64,000 nucleotides of DNA from Rhynchobatus australiae (Eukaryota). Shown here one piece after another: positions 38,100 to 50,500 of this stretch; position 1 is the first letter of the stretch; each line of letters starts with the position of its first letter. The DNA is taken from contig JAUZTB010000042.1 of NCBI GenBank assembly GCA_034780895.1, positions 13,093,652-13,157,651 on the forward strand, written 5' to 3'. The position numbers and the translations under genes were made by a program. The notes beneath the pieces were generated by a model, which saw nothing but the letters and a program-made list of their open reading frames with translations, ran no database searches and was not told the DNA's origin.

Positions 38100-38490
38100 A
38101 ACCACACCAGTGGGGTCTCAACACCATCACCGGCTGCCTTGCAGGAGGTTCAGGTGTAGATGAGACAGTCATCCACCTCCTTACCGACTGTGCGTTTGCC
38201 AGGAAGGAGAGGGATGCAGTGGTCTTTGTTGAGATTGGCCCCTAGCAGCTCCCAGCAAAACATTCTGAGGTAAACTTTGATTGCTGGATGCTTATCAATG
38301 TGATGAAAGACACACCCTGGTCTCCCCGAAACTTGTCAGTCTTTCTGTGCGTGGAGATATCTGCCAGCAAATGCTGCCCAATGGTATATTGCAAAGTGCA
38401 GGATTACATGCTGAGGGACATGTTGAAGCTCAGTACAGCCACCACAAAGGCTCTTTGGGGAAAGACCACAGTGTAGGGCCCTCCCACTAT
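38100..38490 (+). mobile_element. Tx1/L1-clade LINE ORF2 C-terminal remnant (second family)
   Basis: ETVIHLLTDCAFARK (CCHC zinc-knuckle region), then INVMKDTPWSPRNLSVF...CKVQDYMLRDMLKLSTATTKALWGKTTV*. Confidence 0.78.
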
Positions 38491-38509
38491 TGGGCACTGA
38501 GAGGTTGGC

Positions 38510-38665
38510 CAGACCTTTCATCTGGACTGCTGAAGGGATCAGATGAAGGGTCTCCACCCGAAACGTCAACTGCTTGTTTCCCTCCACAGATGCTGTCTCG
38601 CCCGCTGAGTCCCTCCAGCATCTTGTTTGCTGCTCCAGATTCCAGCATCTGCAGTCTCTTGTGTC
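38510..38665 (+). mobile_element. Penelope-like repeat with hammerhead-like core
   Basis: CAGATGA-a-GGGT-ctcc-ACCC-GAAACGTC-aactg at 38540-38572, with an inverted partial copy agacctttcatctg just upstream. Same family body as 32015-32168. Confidence 0.65.
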
Positions 38666-41600
38666 ACCCTTCCTTCCACACTGCTCCCTGCACAATGACC
38701 TTCCCTTGTGCTTTTTCATCTCAACAAAACCAGGAGCTGCAACCTGACCAGAGAGTGGAGAAAGACCAAGAGCAAACTGAAGCACAGCCACCAGGTGTCT
38801 GGACACTGCAACAGAAGCTCACACTCCCACCATCCAAGTTTAGGATACTGCTAACGTGTGTGGATTGCCGTGAGCAAAGCAGCTTTGGGGTCTTAGAGCA
38901 ATGAACAGATCAACATCATTGCAAGCCTTGAAATACTGCTGCCATGCACGATTACTTGCCTGACTCCTCAGTGTAAACATCCATGAAGCTGTCCAATATT
39001 GGTTGAGGGCTCACACTAAGTTGGTAATTCGCACATACCCGAGGAAACTCACCAAGTCACCCAGACTCACTGCCCTATGTTTTCCCTACGTCAACAGTCA
39101 GATTGAAAATTGATCCCCAGTGTTTGGAGGATAAAACTTCTCAGACCATGTGAGGTTTATAACGGAAGGCTCATTTTCTGTTTGGGGACACAGTGAGATT
39201 CATCCCTTGTAAGGGACCGTGAAGCAGAAATCATGAGCTCACCAACCTTAATGATGAGGCAGTCTAGCAAGGGAAACTTGGAATTGGCATTGGCTCCCTT
39301 GTTTATACATTCAATGGGTATTTTCAGATGAGGGCACTGGCTGTCAATCTTCTTTAGCTGTTAAGCAGAGTATACCTTCATCTTGCCCTATAATGGTTTA
39401 GTGCCAACAAAATTAATGTTCTGTGACCATATTTCCAAGTCCGTGTCGGTGTCATCTGGAAAGTCCTAAGCAAGCACAAACTATTTATGTGTAAAGTTCT
39501 GAGAAAATGGCCATATAACTGGCTTGGTGGGTGATTGCATATCCAACAGCTCCATCAAGCACAACCTGTTTATTTTGCAGTCTCTGCCTGTTAACTGCAG
39601 CAGGAGAAATCTCAGCTCCCAACTCACCATCCACTCAACTCTGCTCCACCAGCCGCTCAGACTTACCAAAACCACTGCATTGAATNNNNNAAGCAAAAAG
39701 ACTGCTGGGCCTCTGTGCTCCCAACATTTCATGATGAGTAATTTAAGTATATTATAATGGTCTTAATGAATTTCAACTGTAATTAATTTGTTGTTAAGCG
39801 GCAGTTGTCAATGGTGCATTGAGAGGCCCTCAAAAAGGACAGACAGATAGTCCAGATTGAAATAGATGCCCTTGTTTATGAAATAGGTTAGAGAGAAGAC
39901 ACCTAAAAGATAAATTCCTGATGACTAATGTTTTAATTTCAGTGCTGGCTCAGTTACGTTTCTGTTCAGTTAAGTGCAGCTTGTAGCAGAGGTGTTGCTA
40001 AATCCCTGTTTCAGGTGCCGTGCATAGCAGCTCCTGTAATCCTCGTTGGGGAATCGCTGAGTCTGGGTCTGACAAAGAGCTCATGCCTGCTATTGTGTAA
40101 CTTGCAGGCTGCCAGTGAAACCTCCGCAGCTGCAAGGGACCCAGCTTGGCTTAGCTGTCTGTACTTAGGCAAGTAGAGTCTGCTGGCTTTGTCACTCTCC
40201 ACCGACGATAGCGGGGAAAATCTTTTGGTGCCTGTAGCGATACTGAACACAGTTGGGGATCAGAGCCAGGCATTCATGCCACACCTCTTTTCATTGAAAT
40301 AACTGATTAATTCAAGACTAAAGGTCTGCAGCCCTGAAGGGGAGGAGCGGGGATGGTTTTGGGGTGTGAAGGAGATAAAGAAAGATGAAGTAATAGTCCT
40401 TCTGGCCTTGTTAATGCAATTTCTCTGCTCACTGAATGCCACCAACTCAGAGAATGTTGTGGCCCTGTTCTCCTTTATATTAAAACTGGCAACATTTTAG
40501 CAGACATTGCTGAAACCGCCTTCTGAGTCATCCTTCCAGCCTCAGTTCCAAGCTGCCACTAAAAACCTTTGATCATACCAGGTTTGAAAATGCATCTTAA
40601 CTGGTTAGATTAGACTGATGTTCTGTTTTCTGCGCTCCTGTTGATTTGTTGGACCTTTCTGGGCTGGGAAGCGAGTGGAGGTTTGATGAGGAAATGGGCT
40701 GCTAATATGGCTTGCCAGCCTAGAGTCATGCACAAATGGTGTGAAGAAACACACAGGTCATGCTTTGTCAAACACAGCAACTCTTCCTTGTTTTCTATGA
40801 TTCGGGAGAGATGTTGCAAAAAAAATGAAGTAGATAGTACATGCCCTTACAAATGATGAGTGAGAAATCAGTAGGATAATAAGTTTTTAATCATGGGCAG
40901 CATTAGATGTAATGTATCACAGTTCACACCTGAGTACACCCTTCATACTTTATGATTCTGTTGTGAGAATGATAGTATTTCATTCATTTATAACTTTGCA
41001 TTTTTGATTTTGAATCTTTATTTCATAGGGATTACTAACAATGGACTGAGAGCTTGATATAGAGGTATCAGTCCTTTAATACTTGGTAATTAAGATTGTA
41101 GAATATGAACTGATTTCTGCACTGCAAACATTATTCCATTTGCATGGTTAATGTATCTGAGATGAGAACGTATGTAAGTTAAGTACTTGATGTATCTGTC
41201 AATGAGGATGTAGTCTCGAGGGAAGTACAAGGTCACGCTGCGTTCAAGGTTCAATTCCTCCCACCAGCATTCTCTCACTTCCTAAGACAACCCATGAGAT
41301 TTCTGCATGTTATGGTTTGGAAAATGTGATTAGATTTTGGCTGAAAACCTGGTGCTACTGAAGTTTAATAAAGAAAAACATTTTAGTGTGCAGTTATTAC
41401 CTCTAATGCTATTCCTAATTTCCAAATTACCTTTGTTTCTACATTGTTTTCTAATTTTATATATGGCTGAAAGACTGTAAAATTGGTGGATTCCTTGGTC
41501 AGATCAGATGTAGCATAGTCACGTGCGGTGTGGTGTGGTGCCTCTGCTGAAGTTGTCTTGGAAAGCTCCAGAATATTTCTCCTAAGTCTGCTGTAACATA

Positions 41601-41736
41601 TTGTGCAGNNNNNNNNNNNNNNNNNNNNNNNNNNNNNNNNNNNNNNNNNNNNNNNNNNNNNNNNNNNNNNNNNNNNNNNNNNNNNNNNNNNNNNNNNNNN
41701 NNNNNNNNNNNNNNNNNNNNNNNNNNNNNNNNNNNN

Positions 41737-41879
41737 TTGGAATGTGGGAGGAAACCGGAGCACCCGGAGGAAACCCACACAGACATGGGAGAACGTACAA
41801 ACTCCTTACAGACAGCAACGGGAATCGATCCCCGATCGCTGGCACTGTAATAGCATCACGCTGACTGCTACACTACCGT
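41737..41879 (-). mobile_element. V-SINE 5' half (rest in N gap)
   Basis: ttggaatgtgggaggaaaccggagcacccggaggaaacccacacagac...gctacactaccg, matching 185-330. Confidence 0.88.
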
Positions 41880-42184
41880 TATACAGTAATTTTCTTTTTT
41901 AGCTGACTTACCATCAAATAAGTCTGCTACTCTGTCATTTAATTTTTATCTTAGAAGTTGGTATGATAATTGAGTTGATGACAAATTCTAGATTTGTTGA
42001 CAGATAATTTTCTATCTGCTGTAAAGGAGGAAGTACAATAGTATGTGAAGAGCCAACAATTTGGAATCCAATGGGACATAACTTGTACAAAGTTATATTA
42101 GTGTCCCAATTAAAAGAAAATGGGCTTTCTCATCCATAATGCTTCTGTTTTCATTGCTGTAGAAATGTATTTTTCTTTCCCCAG

Positions 42185-42289
42185 CGATGGTACAGCACCT
42201 CAATGAAAGTCATCTGTGTCTGGCTCACAGACCGAATGGACCTACAGCTCCATCTCTACCAGCTGAAGACGCTCATCAAAATAGTGAAG
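42185..42289 (+). CDS. CADPS2: CADPS2 penultimate coding exon, 105 nt, phase 0-0
   Basis: Acceptor ttctttccccAG at 42183-84, donor GTacat at 42290. Translates [35 protein letters not shown], in frame with the previous exon. SMKVICVWL and LIKIVK are CADPS2-type. Confidence 0.95.
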
Positions 42290-42404
42290 GTACATCAGCT
42301 TCTTATCTACTTCTCATTAAGTCACTTGGCACCATGAAATGATCTGGTATGATAAAAGCAACCTTGAAATCCAAACCAAATGATTAACATCAAAGTTAGG
42401 ACCT

Positions 42405-42715
42405 TTACGAGGCTTCACAGGTGGATGCAGGTATGACGTTTCCCCTAGCTGCTGTGAATAGAAACAGAGGTCACAGTCTCAAAATGAAGGGTCAGCCTTT
42501 CCTTATGAATCTTAGGAATTCTTCCCTGTGTTGGCTCAGTCACTGAGCATATTCAAGCCAGAGATCAATAGATGTTTTGGATATTAAGGGAAGCAAGATT
42601 TATGGGGTTAATACAGAGGAGTGTTGCTGAGGTAAAAGATCGGCCACGATCTCATTGAATGGTCTAGCAGGCACAAGCGACTGAATGGCCTCCTCCCCTT
42701 TCTATTTCTTATGAT
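42405..42715 (+). mobile_element. CR1 3' end
   Basis: gaggtcacagtctcaaaatgaaggg...gagatcaatagatgttttggatattaaggg...gatctcattgaatgg...gactgaatggcctcctcc. Confidence 0.75.
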
Positions 42716-44263
42716 CTTGTGCTCTGTTGCTCTAGTAATGGGACTGTAACTTTCTAATGTCAGCTGGACTTGTTCAATAGTGCCGTAGCAACTGATGTTG
42801 AATGTAAAATCATGTGGCAAACTTACACAACAAATACACTATCTCCATGGGAGACATAGCCATAAGCATCCATGTTGTTTGTGAAGAGAGGCAATGGTTA
42901 TTTTCATCTCAGCAACATCACATGCAGTAACTTATTTCAACAAACTTGACACTCTCATATTGCATGCTTTCAAACTGAGAAAAGATTTGTCAAACAATTT
43001 TTTTTAAAAAAGGAAGGTAATGGCAATTCAAAACGGGAATGTAAAGAATCAGTAATAATCACAATTGAAGTCACAATCAGATCTACATTTGCTTACAGTG
43101 CTACAAATGTCATAGACTGCACCATGTCTTCATAATTAAGTTACAGTTCTATGGTTTTGCAGAGGTATTGTCATTTAATTGCATATAAGAATTTCAAACT
43201 GAGGGCATTGAAACATCTGTGGGGAAATAGGTGAGTCATTACTATTGGCAACTCAGTTCATCGGAAGATTTTAATACTGTTATAGTTGAATGATAAATGA
43301 AAAATATATACTAAAATGCCAGGAGTTATGCAACCTTTCCACAATAAATGAGCATCTGTGATCTATTAAATTCACTGGGTGGAAAACATACTTCAGAGAA
43401 AGTTTGATCCATTAAATAAATCCATATATATTACTAATTATACCTGTAAGGGGTANNNNNNNNNNNNNNNNNNNNNNNNNNNNNNNNNNNNNNNNNNNNN
43501 NNNNNNNNNNNNNNNNNNNNNNNNNNNNNNNNNNNNNNNNNNNNNNNNNNNNNNNATTACTAATTATACCTGTAAGGGGTACTGTCAGTGAAGTTTTCAA
43601 GAGTCTAGAAGGCACAATTTGTCTATCATAGATATGCCCAGCTTGGAGGCATGCACAGCAATTCTATTTATTTTGAAAGTTTGTGATTATTAAACTAAGA
43701 ATACTAGTCTTGGGCAATTTGTACAGTCTGTATATACAAAAATACTTCCCCCTCTGGAAACTTGGTCTGTTTTTCGATACCCTTCCACCTTTTTTCAAAT
43801 CCAATCTAGAATGTTTTGCAATTAATTATTGATGTTAAGTTATTTTCCAATAAACATTCAGCCTTATTTTGCCCTCTTCACATGGCTTTTCTTGTTTGGC
43901 AAAGTGTACTTCTTCCAATCTTTGGACCATGGCATGCAACCTCTCCAACCACTCTCACCAGAAACCAATACCTCTGAGTTGAGGACCCCTGTAACATCCC
44001 ATGCACCCAATGTGCACTGCCATCATGAGGATCCATGTGTTCAATGGGAAGTTACAACTCCTGATCTAACTGACTGCAATAAGCCAGCTAACCAAATTAT
44101 TGATCAGAACAATCAAGAGATATGCTTGCAGAATCAGTGCAAAACGTGGGTACGAGAGCTCAACAGTGGAAGATAGAGCAACCTCTGTGGTACTGAAGCA
44201 ACCCTACATGAACCACATTATCTACTCGTCTTCTCTTTCACTCCAAGGGACCTGGCCATTACA

Positions 44264-44481
44264 GTCTCTCTCTCTCTCTCTCTTTTCTCTCTCTCTCCTC
44301 TCCCCCATCCACCCAGGTCTCTCCTCACTCCTTCTTCCAGTTTTTCCTTTATTTTCCACCCTTCTCTTCTCCATGCCATGCCTTGCAACCTCTCTTCCTC
44401 ATCCCCATTTGCCCTTCATTTCATCCTCTTCCCCTCCCTATCTCATCAGGCGACTCCCTGTCCCTACCTCCTCTCCCCTCC
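44264..44481 (+). repeat. Low-complexity CT-rich tract
   Basis: (TC)n run followed by a pyrimidine-dominated stretch. Confidence 0.75.
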
Positions 44482-45324
44482 CAACCGAAGCACCGGACAC
44501 ACCTTGTGCAGTGCCACAGGCGGGCAACAAAAATTTCCGATGAGAATATTCACTGGTCGACTTTTGAAAGCTCCATTTTACCCTTCCTGTCAGTTTAAAT
44601 GGGGCAAATGGGTCTGGAAATGGCGGGGATGTTTTTGATAATAAATACACAGGAACTACTGATACACAAGCCACACTTTTGACACACAGGTACCACCATC
44701 TTGGAGACAGCACTTACATATGATGTCATTCTATCCAACTATATATTCTCGTCTGCATTCAATGAATTGGATTTAAGCTGCAAAGCTGTGCCAAATTGGT
44801 ATGCATGCTAAATATTTTAAGTGTCCTGAAAATAAAAAAAAAGTGCAGAGTCTGTAGGAAAAGGATCACAGTAACCACAGTAACCATTTAAATTTGGAGA
44901 CCCTGATGGAAAGTTCCACAGACGCTGCCTGACATGTTGAATGTTTCCAACATTTTTTGTTTTAGTGCTAATTGTGCCGCCTGGAAGCTCATTTAACTCA
45001 CTGCATGTTTTCTATACCAAAGAGGTTGTAGTGGGTACTTGCGAGGCTATTGTTTTTGATCAGCTCAAATAACGGGCCTTTAACAATCTGATTATTCTCT
45101 TTCCTGGAATCCAGTTCTTTGTTCAAAATGTGTGTCTACGGATGCATCTTAACCCTTCTACGCATGACGGCGGATTAGACATCATTAAGATCAATGCCAG
45201 GTTCCTCGACATTAAAATCCAATTTGGATGGCCAACACCTAGACTTTGTTTTGCTCTCACCTTGATCAAACCACTCCATGTCCCCCAAAAGCACACAGAG
45301 CCACAGATGCCAGGAAGTGTTAAT

Positions 45325-45472
45325 AACTTCACGTTTAAAGGGCACTTGGACAGGTACATGGATCGGAAAGGTTCCGAGTGATATGGGCCAAATGGGACGA
45401 GCTTAGTTGGGAATCTTGGTCGGCATGGAGCAGTTGGGCCGAAGGGCCTCTTTCCGTGCTGCGTGACTCTAT
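45325..45472 (+). mobile_element. CR1-type 3' tail
   Basis: tttaaagggcacttggacaggtacatggat...ttgggccgaagggcctctttccgtgctgcgtgactctatg. Confidence 0.75.
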
Positions 45473-46392
45473 GTCAGCCCCTGGAGTGGGTGTCATTAGG
45501 TCATTCACAAAGCCTCATAGCTCAGCTTGGGGTCAATGCCCTTTCATGTTTATCTTGCACTCAGGATACCTGCACGGTAGTTAAAGGCAGGAACGCTCAT
45601 TTACTGTTTGCAGCACCAGGGAGGTCATCAGCACTGCCAACCTGGGATGAGATATGTGTGCGGTGGATGGTCGGCATGAACTCAGTAGGCCGAGGGGCCA
45701 GTTTCCCTGCTGTATCTCTCTATGTGATTACTTCCCACACAACCCATTGCGTTTGCCTACTGTCTGACCTGCAAATGCACTTCTCTGTGTTGATGTTGAG
45801 CTGCTTTGTGAAACGGCCCCATTCTTGCTGCCCAGGACCATCTGTGGGACGGTGGCAGTGAGTTCTGACCCTGCTGCTTCCCACACCTGTCAGTTGGGCA
45901 GGGTAAAGCCACCTGTGGTCTCCGTTTCCAGGGCTCCTTCACGACTTAGGGACAGGCGCTTTCGGAATAGAGGAAACTCAAGTAACCAATGTGTTCATGA
46001 CAAGCTCCGGAGAAAAGCAGAGGGTGATACTGGTTGAAGGGTGAATATTGATCAGGATGCCTGGGAGGACATCCAGTTAGTGCTCCGGGATTTTTACGTC
46101 CGTTTTTATGGGGCAATTTTAATTCACACCCGAAAGCAAGCATGTCCTACTATGCGATTCTCTCTCTCACTCTCAACCTGCCTGGGTTTCGTAAAACCAA
46201 ATCGAATTCACTTTCAAAATACTCGTAGTGCCCAACAGATATGTGATCTTGACAATATTTGCTTTGCGTAGTCTAGTCGAAACTCGGGTCCACTGTCTTC
46301 AAATCGATCGTGTTATCTTTGCATGTCCGGCAACTAAGTTCTGAAACATCAAATCCCAACATGTCATCTGAAAGTATCTTTCCTTGCTTTAG

Positions 46393-46572
46393 AAATCGTA
46401 CAGAGACTTCAGACTGCAGGGAGTCCTGGAGGGGACACTGAACTGTAAAACGTATGAAACGGTTCACACGCGGCTGACGGTGGAAGAAGCCACGGCCTCG
46501 GTGTCGGAGAGCGGAGGGCTCCAGGGCATCACCATGAAAGACAGCGACGAAGAGACCGAGGATGTAAAATAA
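46393..46572 (+). CDS. CADPS2: CADPS2 terminal coding exon with TAA stop
   Basis: Acceptor ccttgctttAG at 46391-92. Translates [59 protein letters not shown], the characteristic CAPS C-terminus (VLEGTLN and [11 protein letters not shown] are CADPS2-type). Confidence 0.96.
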   Translation, partial: KSYRDFRLQGVLEGTLNCKTYETVHTRLTVEEATASVSESGGLQGITMKDSDEETEDVK

Positions 46573-47505
46573 GAGGGGGGGGGGGAGAGGCCTCGTTATT
46601 TTCCAGCCATTGTTTGTACCATTTCTTCAGAGGTGATCAGCATCATTCAAGTGTAATGAAGTCGTCCAACTTTAGAACATAGCCGTAGAGCGGGGGAGAA
46701 GTGGGGAGGAAAGGAGAGGCACAGTTGTGTTTGAACTCGGTGCTACACCGTGCCCAGAATGTCCCTCCGCTCCCGCACCAGGCAACGGCAGCACCTTGTG
46801 AATCTCTCTCAAGCATCATAAGGGACTGTTCGCTCCTGAGAAGGGAGGGGGAGCAAAGGAAGTTGGGATCTGACTTTTCCAGGCAAATAAAACAACAATG
46901 GTGTCAGCCGTCCCTAATGTTTGGAAAAGATCCCCACAGCCCAGGTATCAGGAAAACGTGGCATACGAACCGTGTACCCATTCTCGGTCTCCGTCCTTTG
47001 GCAGTGAAGTGTGCGGGGCTATTCGTTATCTGTGCTGTTGTGGTCTTAATTGGTGAGATAAAGCGGCTTGGTAGAATAAAACAGCCGTGTCATATTGAGA
47101 TGTCTTTCATGTTCCGGGCATCTTTGTAAATATAGTAATGCCTGTAGAATTCCTGTTCGATCATACGTGCCAGCATCTGTGTGTTTCGAGATGCCACTGC
47201 CCAGGAAAGTGAACTGTTTCCCCCGTCCCGCTAGCCTGGCTGCGCCGTACTTCCCTTATCACAGATCTGCTGAGCATCCCAGAGGATCTGCACCCGCCCG
47301 CGGGAGGCTGACAAAATGCCCAGAATGGTGGAGTGTTTCATCTGAATCAGCATCGCGAGTGTGGGCGAAAGTTTTCCCAACGTGTTAGCAAGTCACGAAT
47401 GTTTGCAACATTCCGAAGCACTGAACGATGGCAAAAATATACCTTCAATATTCGTTTATATTGAGGCTTTAATTGTAATAAACTCGTCTGTATTTCCAAT
47501 TTATA
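46573..47505 (+). other. CADPS2: Probable CADPS2 3'UTR
   Basis: Follows the stop codon, has no recognisable repeats, and ends at an AATAAA followed by T/GT-rich sequence. The end point is inferred. Confidence 0.6.
47477..47482 (+). terminator. Candidate poly(A) signal AATAAA
   Basis: AATAAA in AT-rich context with downstream T/GT-rich tract (tatatttatttggctgtcttgc). Alternative AATAAA hexamers lie at 46886 and 47075. Confidence 0.55.
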
Positions 47506-50500
47506 TTTATTTGGCTGTCTTGCTTCTGCTGTGAGTTTGTAGGTTTGGGGTTAAAGTGTAATTTTATGATTTTTTTTCTCTCATACAAAAATTACTCGTT
47601 TAAAAGAAGTCTAAAAAATATAGTGTCTTTAGGTGTCTACAGACACAGGAGGAATCCACCATTTACAACAGCACGATGAAGTGGTCTGATTTTTATTTGG
47701 CACGATAGCGATTAAAGGGTCGACAATCTTGTTTGTGGATGACTTTGTTGACAGTGCGGGTAAATAGGTTTCTAATCCAAAACGTAAATATTAGTCAGCA
47801 TTTGTACGGTGAAAGAGAGCGACATTCGCTTTCCCTCGTCATTTAGCTGAGCTCTTTGGTGCCGTGTACCTGAATTCGCACCGTGTTCACATTTACCGAC
47901 TGAAAGCAAAATCCGTTTGATTCAGCAGCCAGCGAGCGGAATGAAATAATGGCTGGCACTTCCCTAACTGCAGCTGTGCCGTGACTGGTTATTTCAACTG
48001 AATGCAATGTGTACAATCTCACATTAAATACAGCACTCGTGAAAATGCGCAGGAGATTCTGGGCGAGTTCGATCCGAGCTTTAAACACATCTCCGGACCC
48101 CGTCAACTTCCTCTGGAGCTGCTACACATGTTTGTCTGACTCCAGTTCATACCGCAAATTCCCTTCAGTAAAGGATATGATCAGATAGTCTCCGCGTTTG
48201 GTCGGGGGCCGTAAATTCACCATTAAAAAATACGTGAATATGTTTCCTAAAATATTGTGAAAATAGTCTTTCAAATGCCAGTCAACAGCCACATATTAAC
48301 ATCTAACGTTTCGTTGCAAGGTGCTGTCANNNNNNNNNNNNNNNNNNNNNNNNNNNNNNNNNNNNNNNNNNNNNNNNNNNNNNNNNNNNNNNACCCATTT
48401 TAGGGAGAGCCACACATAACCCCGTTGACTGATGTTTAAGCACAACTCACTCATTTCCTAGGCTCCTACGTGAGAAGAGTAGCAGCAAATACTCACGTTA
48501 CCGATGGGCCCTGATCTAATTTTGATCGAAATACAATTGCGAAATGATGTTTAATTTCAATCACTTTAGCCTTTGTTGGACGCACCGTGGGCAAACATAG
48601 TTACAGAAACAAAAAAAACGGTTGCTTTAAGAGCAACTTAGCCAATATGATGTTGGTCTGTTTAAGTCGACGAACCAATGTTTTATTGCATGTACGAAAA
48701 CTGCGGCTAAGGTATTTATGATATAGATTACAAGTCCCGATCTAATCGTGGATATCCTGTTTCTGTGCAGTTTTCAGAAGTCTCTTCAATCGCCACATTT
48801 GCTGAACGGTTCTGTTGAACTTGCACTGATGGCTGTGAGAACAGATGGAAATGAAAATGCACCAACACCCTCCATATGTGTCAATAGCCTGCTTACTCTT
48901 AATGCCGCAAATATGAATTGCCCATACAGTACATCGAATTTTAATTCTAAACCATATCGTCGAAGATTATGGTTTACAACTTTGAATAATGTGAAGTATG
49001 TATTTCTGATCGCCGCCCCGTTTTAATCATCAATGGTAATTCGTTGTGTTATTGACTTTTGGGTAAATGAAAAGTTCGTTGTTGAACTTACGAAACAGAG
49101 AGACGATTCGACCTAACGGATCTGTACCGGTACTGTATTTATCCTCCACGGAAGCCTCTTCCTTCTCCTCCTACCCCAACTGACTGGTCTCCTATTCCAT
49201 CATCCCTTTTGGATCCCTTTTGGTTCGTCTCGTTTCCCTTTAATTTGCCTGTTATTTGCCTCAACTCGTCTTTGTGTTAAGGAGTTATTAACAGGAACGC
49301 GGCAGATTGATGGCCGCTAATGATCCGATCTCTGAATGAAGTTCTCACCAAGTGTATATGCCCTTGATTCGGGTTATAATGTAAAAGAGGCAGTGCATTT
49401 TTTAAAAATCGCCATTTGGATGATTTCCGATGCTGTTGTAATCTGGTTTATGAAAGTTCCTACAAGTTGAGCAGTTGAATTTGAAACAGTCCTTGGTGAT
49501 ACACGTGTGGTAAAGGTGATCTATTACCTGACAGTTCTCCCTTCCTGTCAGAAATTACCAGCCATTTAGAATCCACACATGTTCATGCAAAGGAGTGTGT
49601 ATCTTCCCTTGGCTCCTCCGTGTGATATTTTAAGTGTGATGGGATCAAAAAGAAAAAAATAGCGGCAACTGTGATGGTACAAAGCCTCGGCTTCACACTG
49701 AGTGCCCAGTAATAGCAGAAAAAACATTGACCCAGAGCTCGAGGCTGCTCTGCGGATTATATATTTTAAAAAAAAACAAAAATTAGTTTAAATTAGGGAA
49801 GTATGCAGGTAATAGTTTCCGGAATTAAAATTTTGCAGAGACCACGACTGCTTTTGTGCAAAACAGGAAGGCAGAATTGCAGAAGTACTGCGCTGACAGA
49901 GTTCCAAATCGGCAGCTGATTAGTTCAAAATGGAGAAATTTAGTAAGGGGACAGAGATCGNNNNNNNNNNGCAGCCCTCTCTGGAAACAAAAAAAAGTTC
50001 ATCATTAACAGAACGGTGCAGACGGAATCATTTTTAATAAGTCATTATTTCTGCACAGTTCCGGTTCCAATATGTTCATGGTCCAAAACTGGCTCTCGCC
50101 TCAGGTTTATGACATTTTGCCAAATTAAATTCAGGTAAATGCTTCTGCTTCGTCATTTTATTGGTATAAAGTTACAAAACACGCAAGTAGGTGACCTTTT
50201 TAAAAAAAATGCATCGGACTAGTTTATAATATTTTATGAACAATTGCAGTCCTTTTTATTGTGATTAGTCGATTTATCTCAGCTGAACTGTCCTATATGG
50301 GAATAATTTTGAGGAGTAAAATTACGAGGAATGCAACGACGGTGTTGATATCAAAAGNNNNNNNNNNNNNNNNNNNNNNNNNNNNNNNNNNNNNNNNNNN
50401 NNNNNNNNNNNNNNNNNNNNNNNNNNNNNNNNNNNNNNNNNNNNNNNNNNNNNNNNNNNNNNNNNNNNNNNNNNNNNNNNNNNNNNNNNNNNNNNNNNNN

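Noticed and set aside
38281-38904. 207-aa ORF, the longest gap-free ORF
   Set aside because: It reads out of frame across a Tx1 remnant and a Penelope-like repeat, with no protein-family signal.
43430-43581. Identical 26-mer attactaattatacctgtaaggggta on both sides of a gap (similar cases at 57802/57931 and ~22390/22515)
   Set aside because: Duplicated gap flanks are typical of unmerged contig overlaps, so likely an assembly artefact.
46701-47388. 142-aa and 97-aa ORFs after the CADPS2 stop
   Set aside because: They lie in the presumed 3'UTR, have non-ATG starts and show no recognisable homology.
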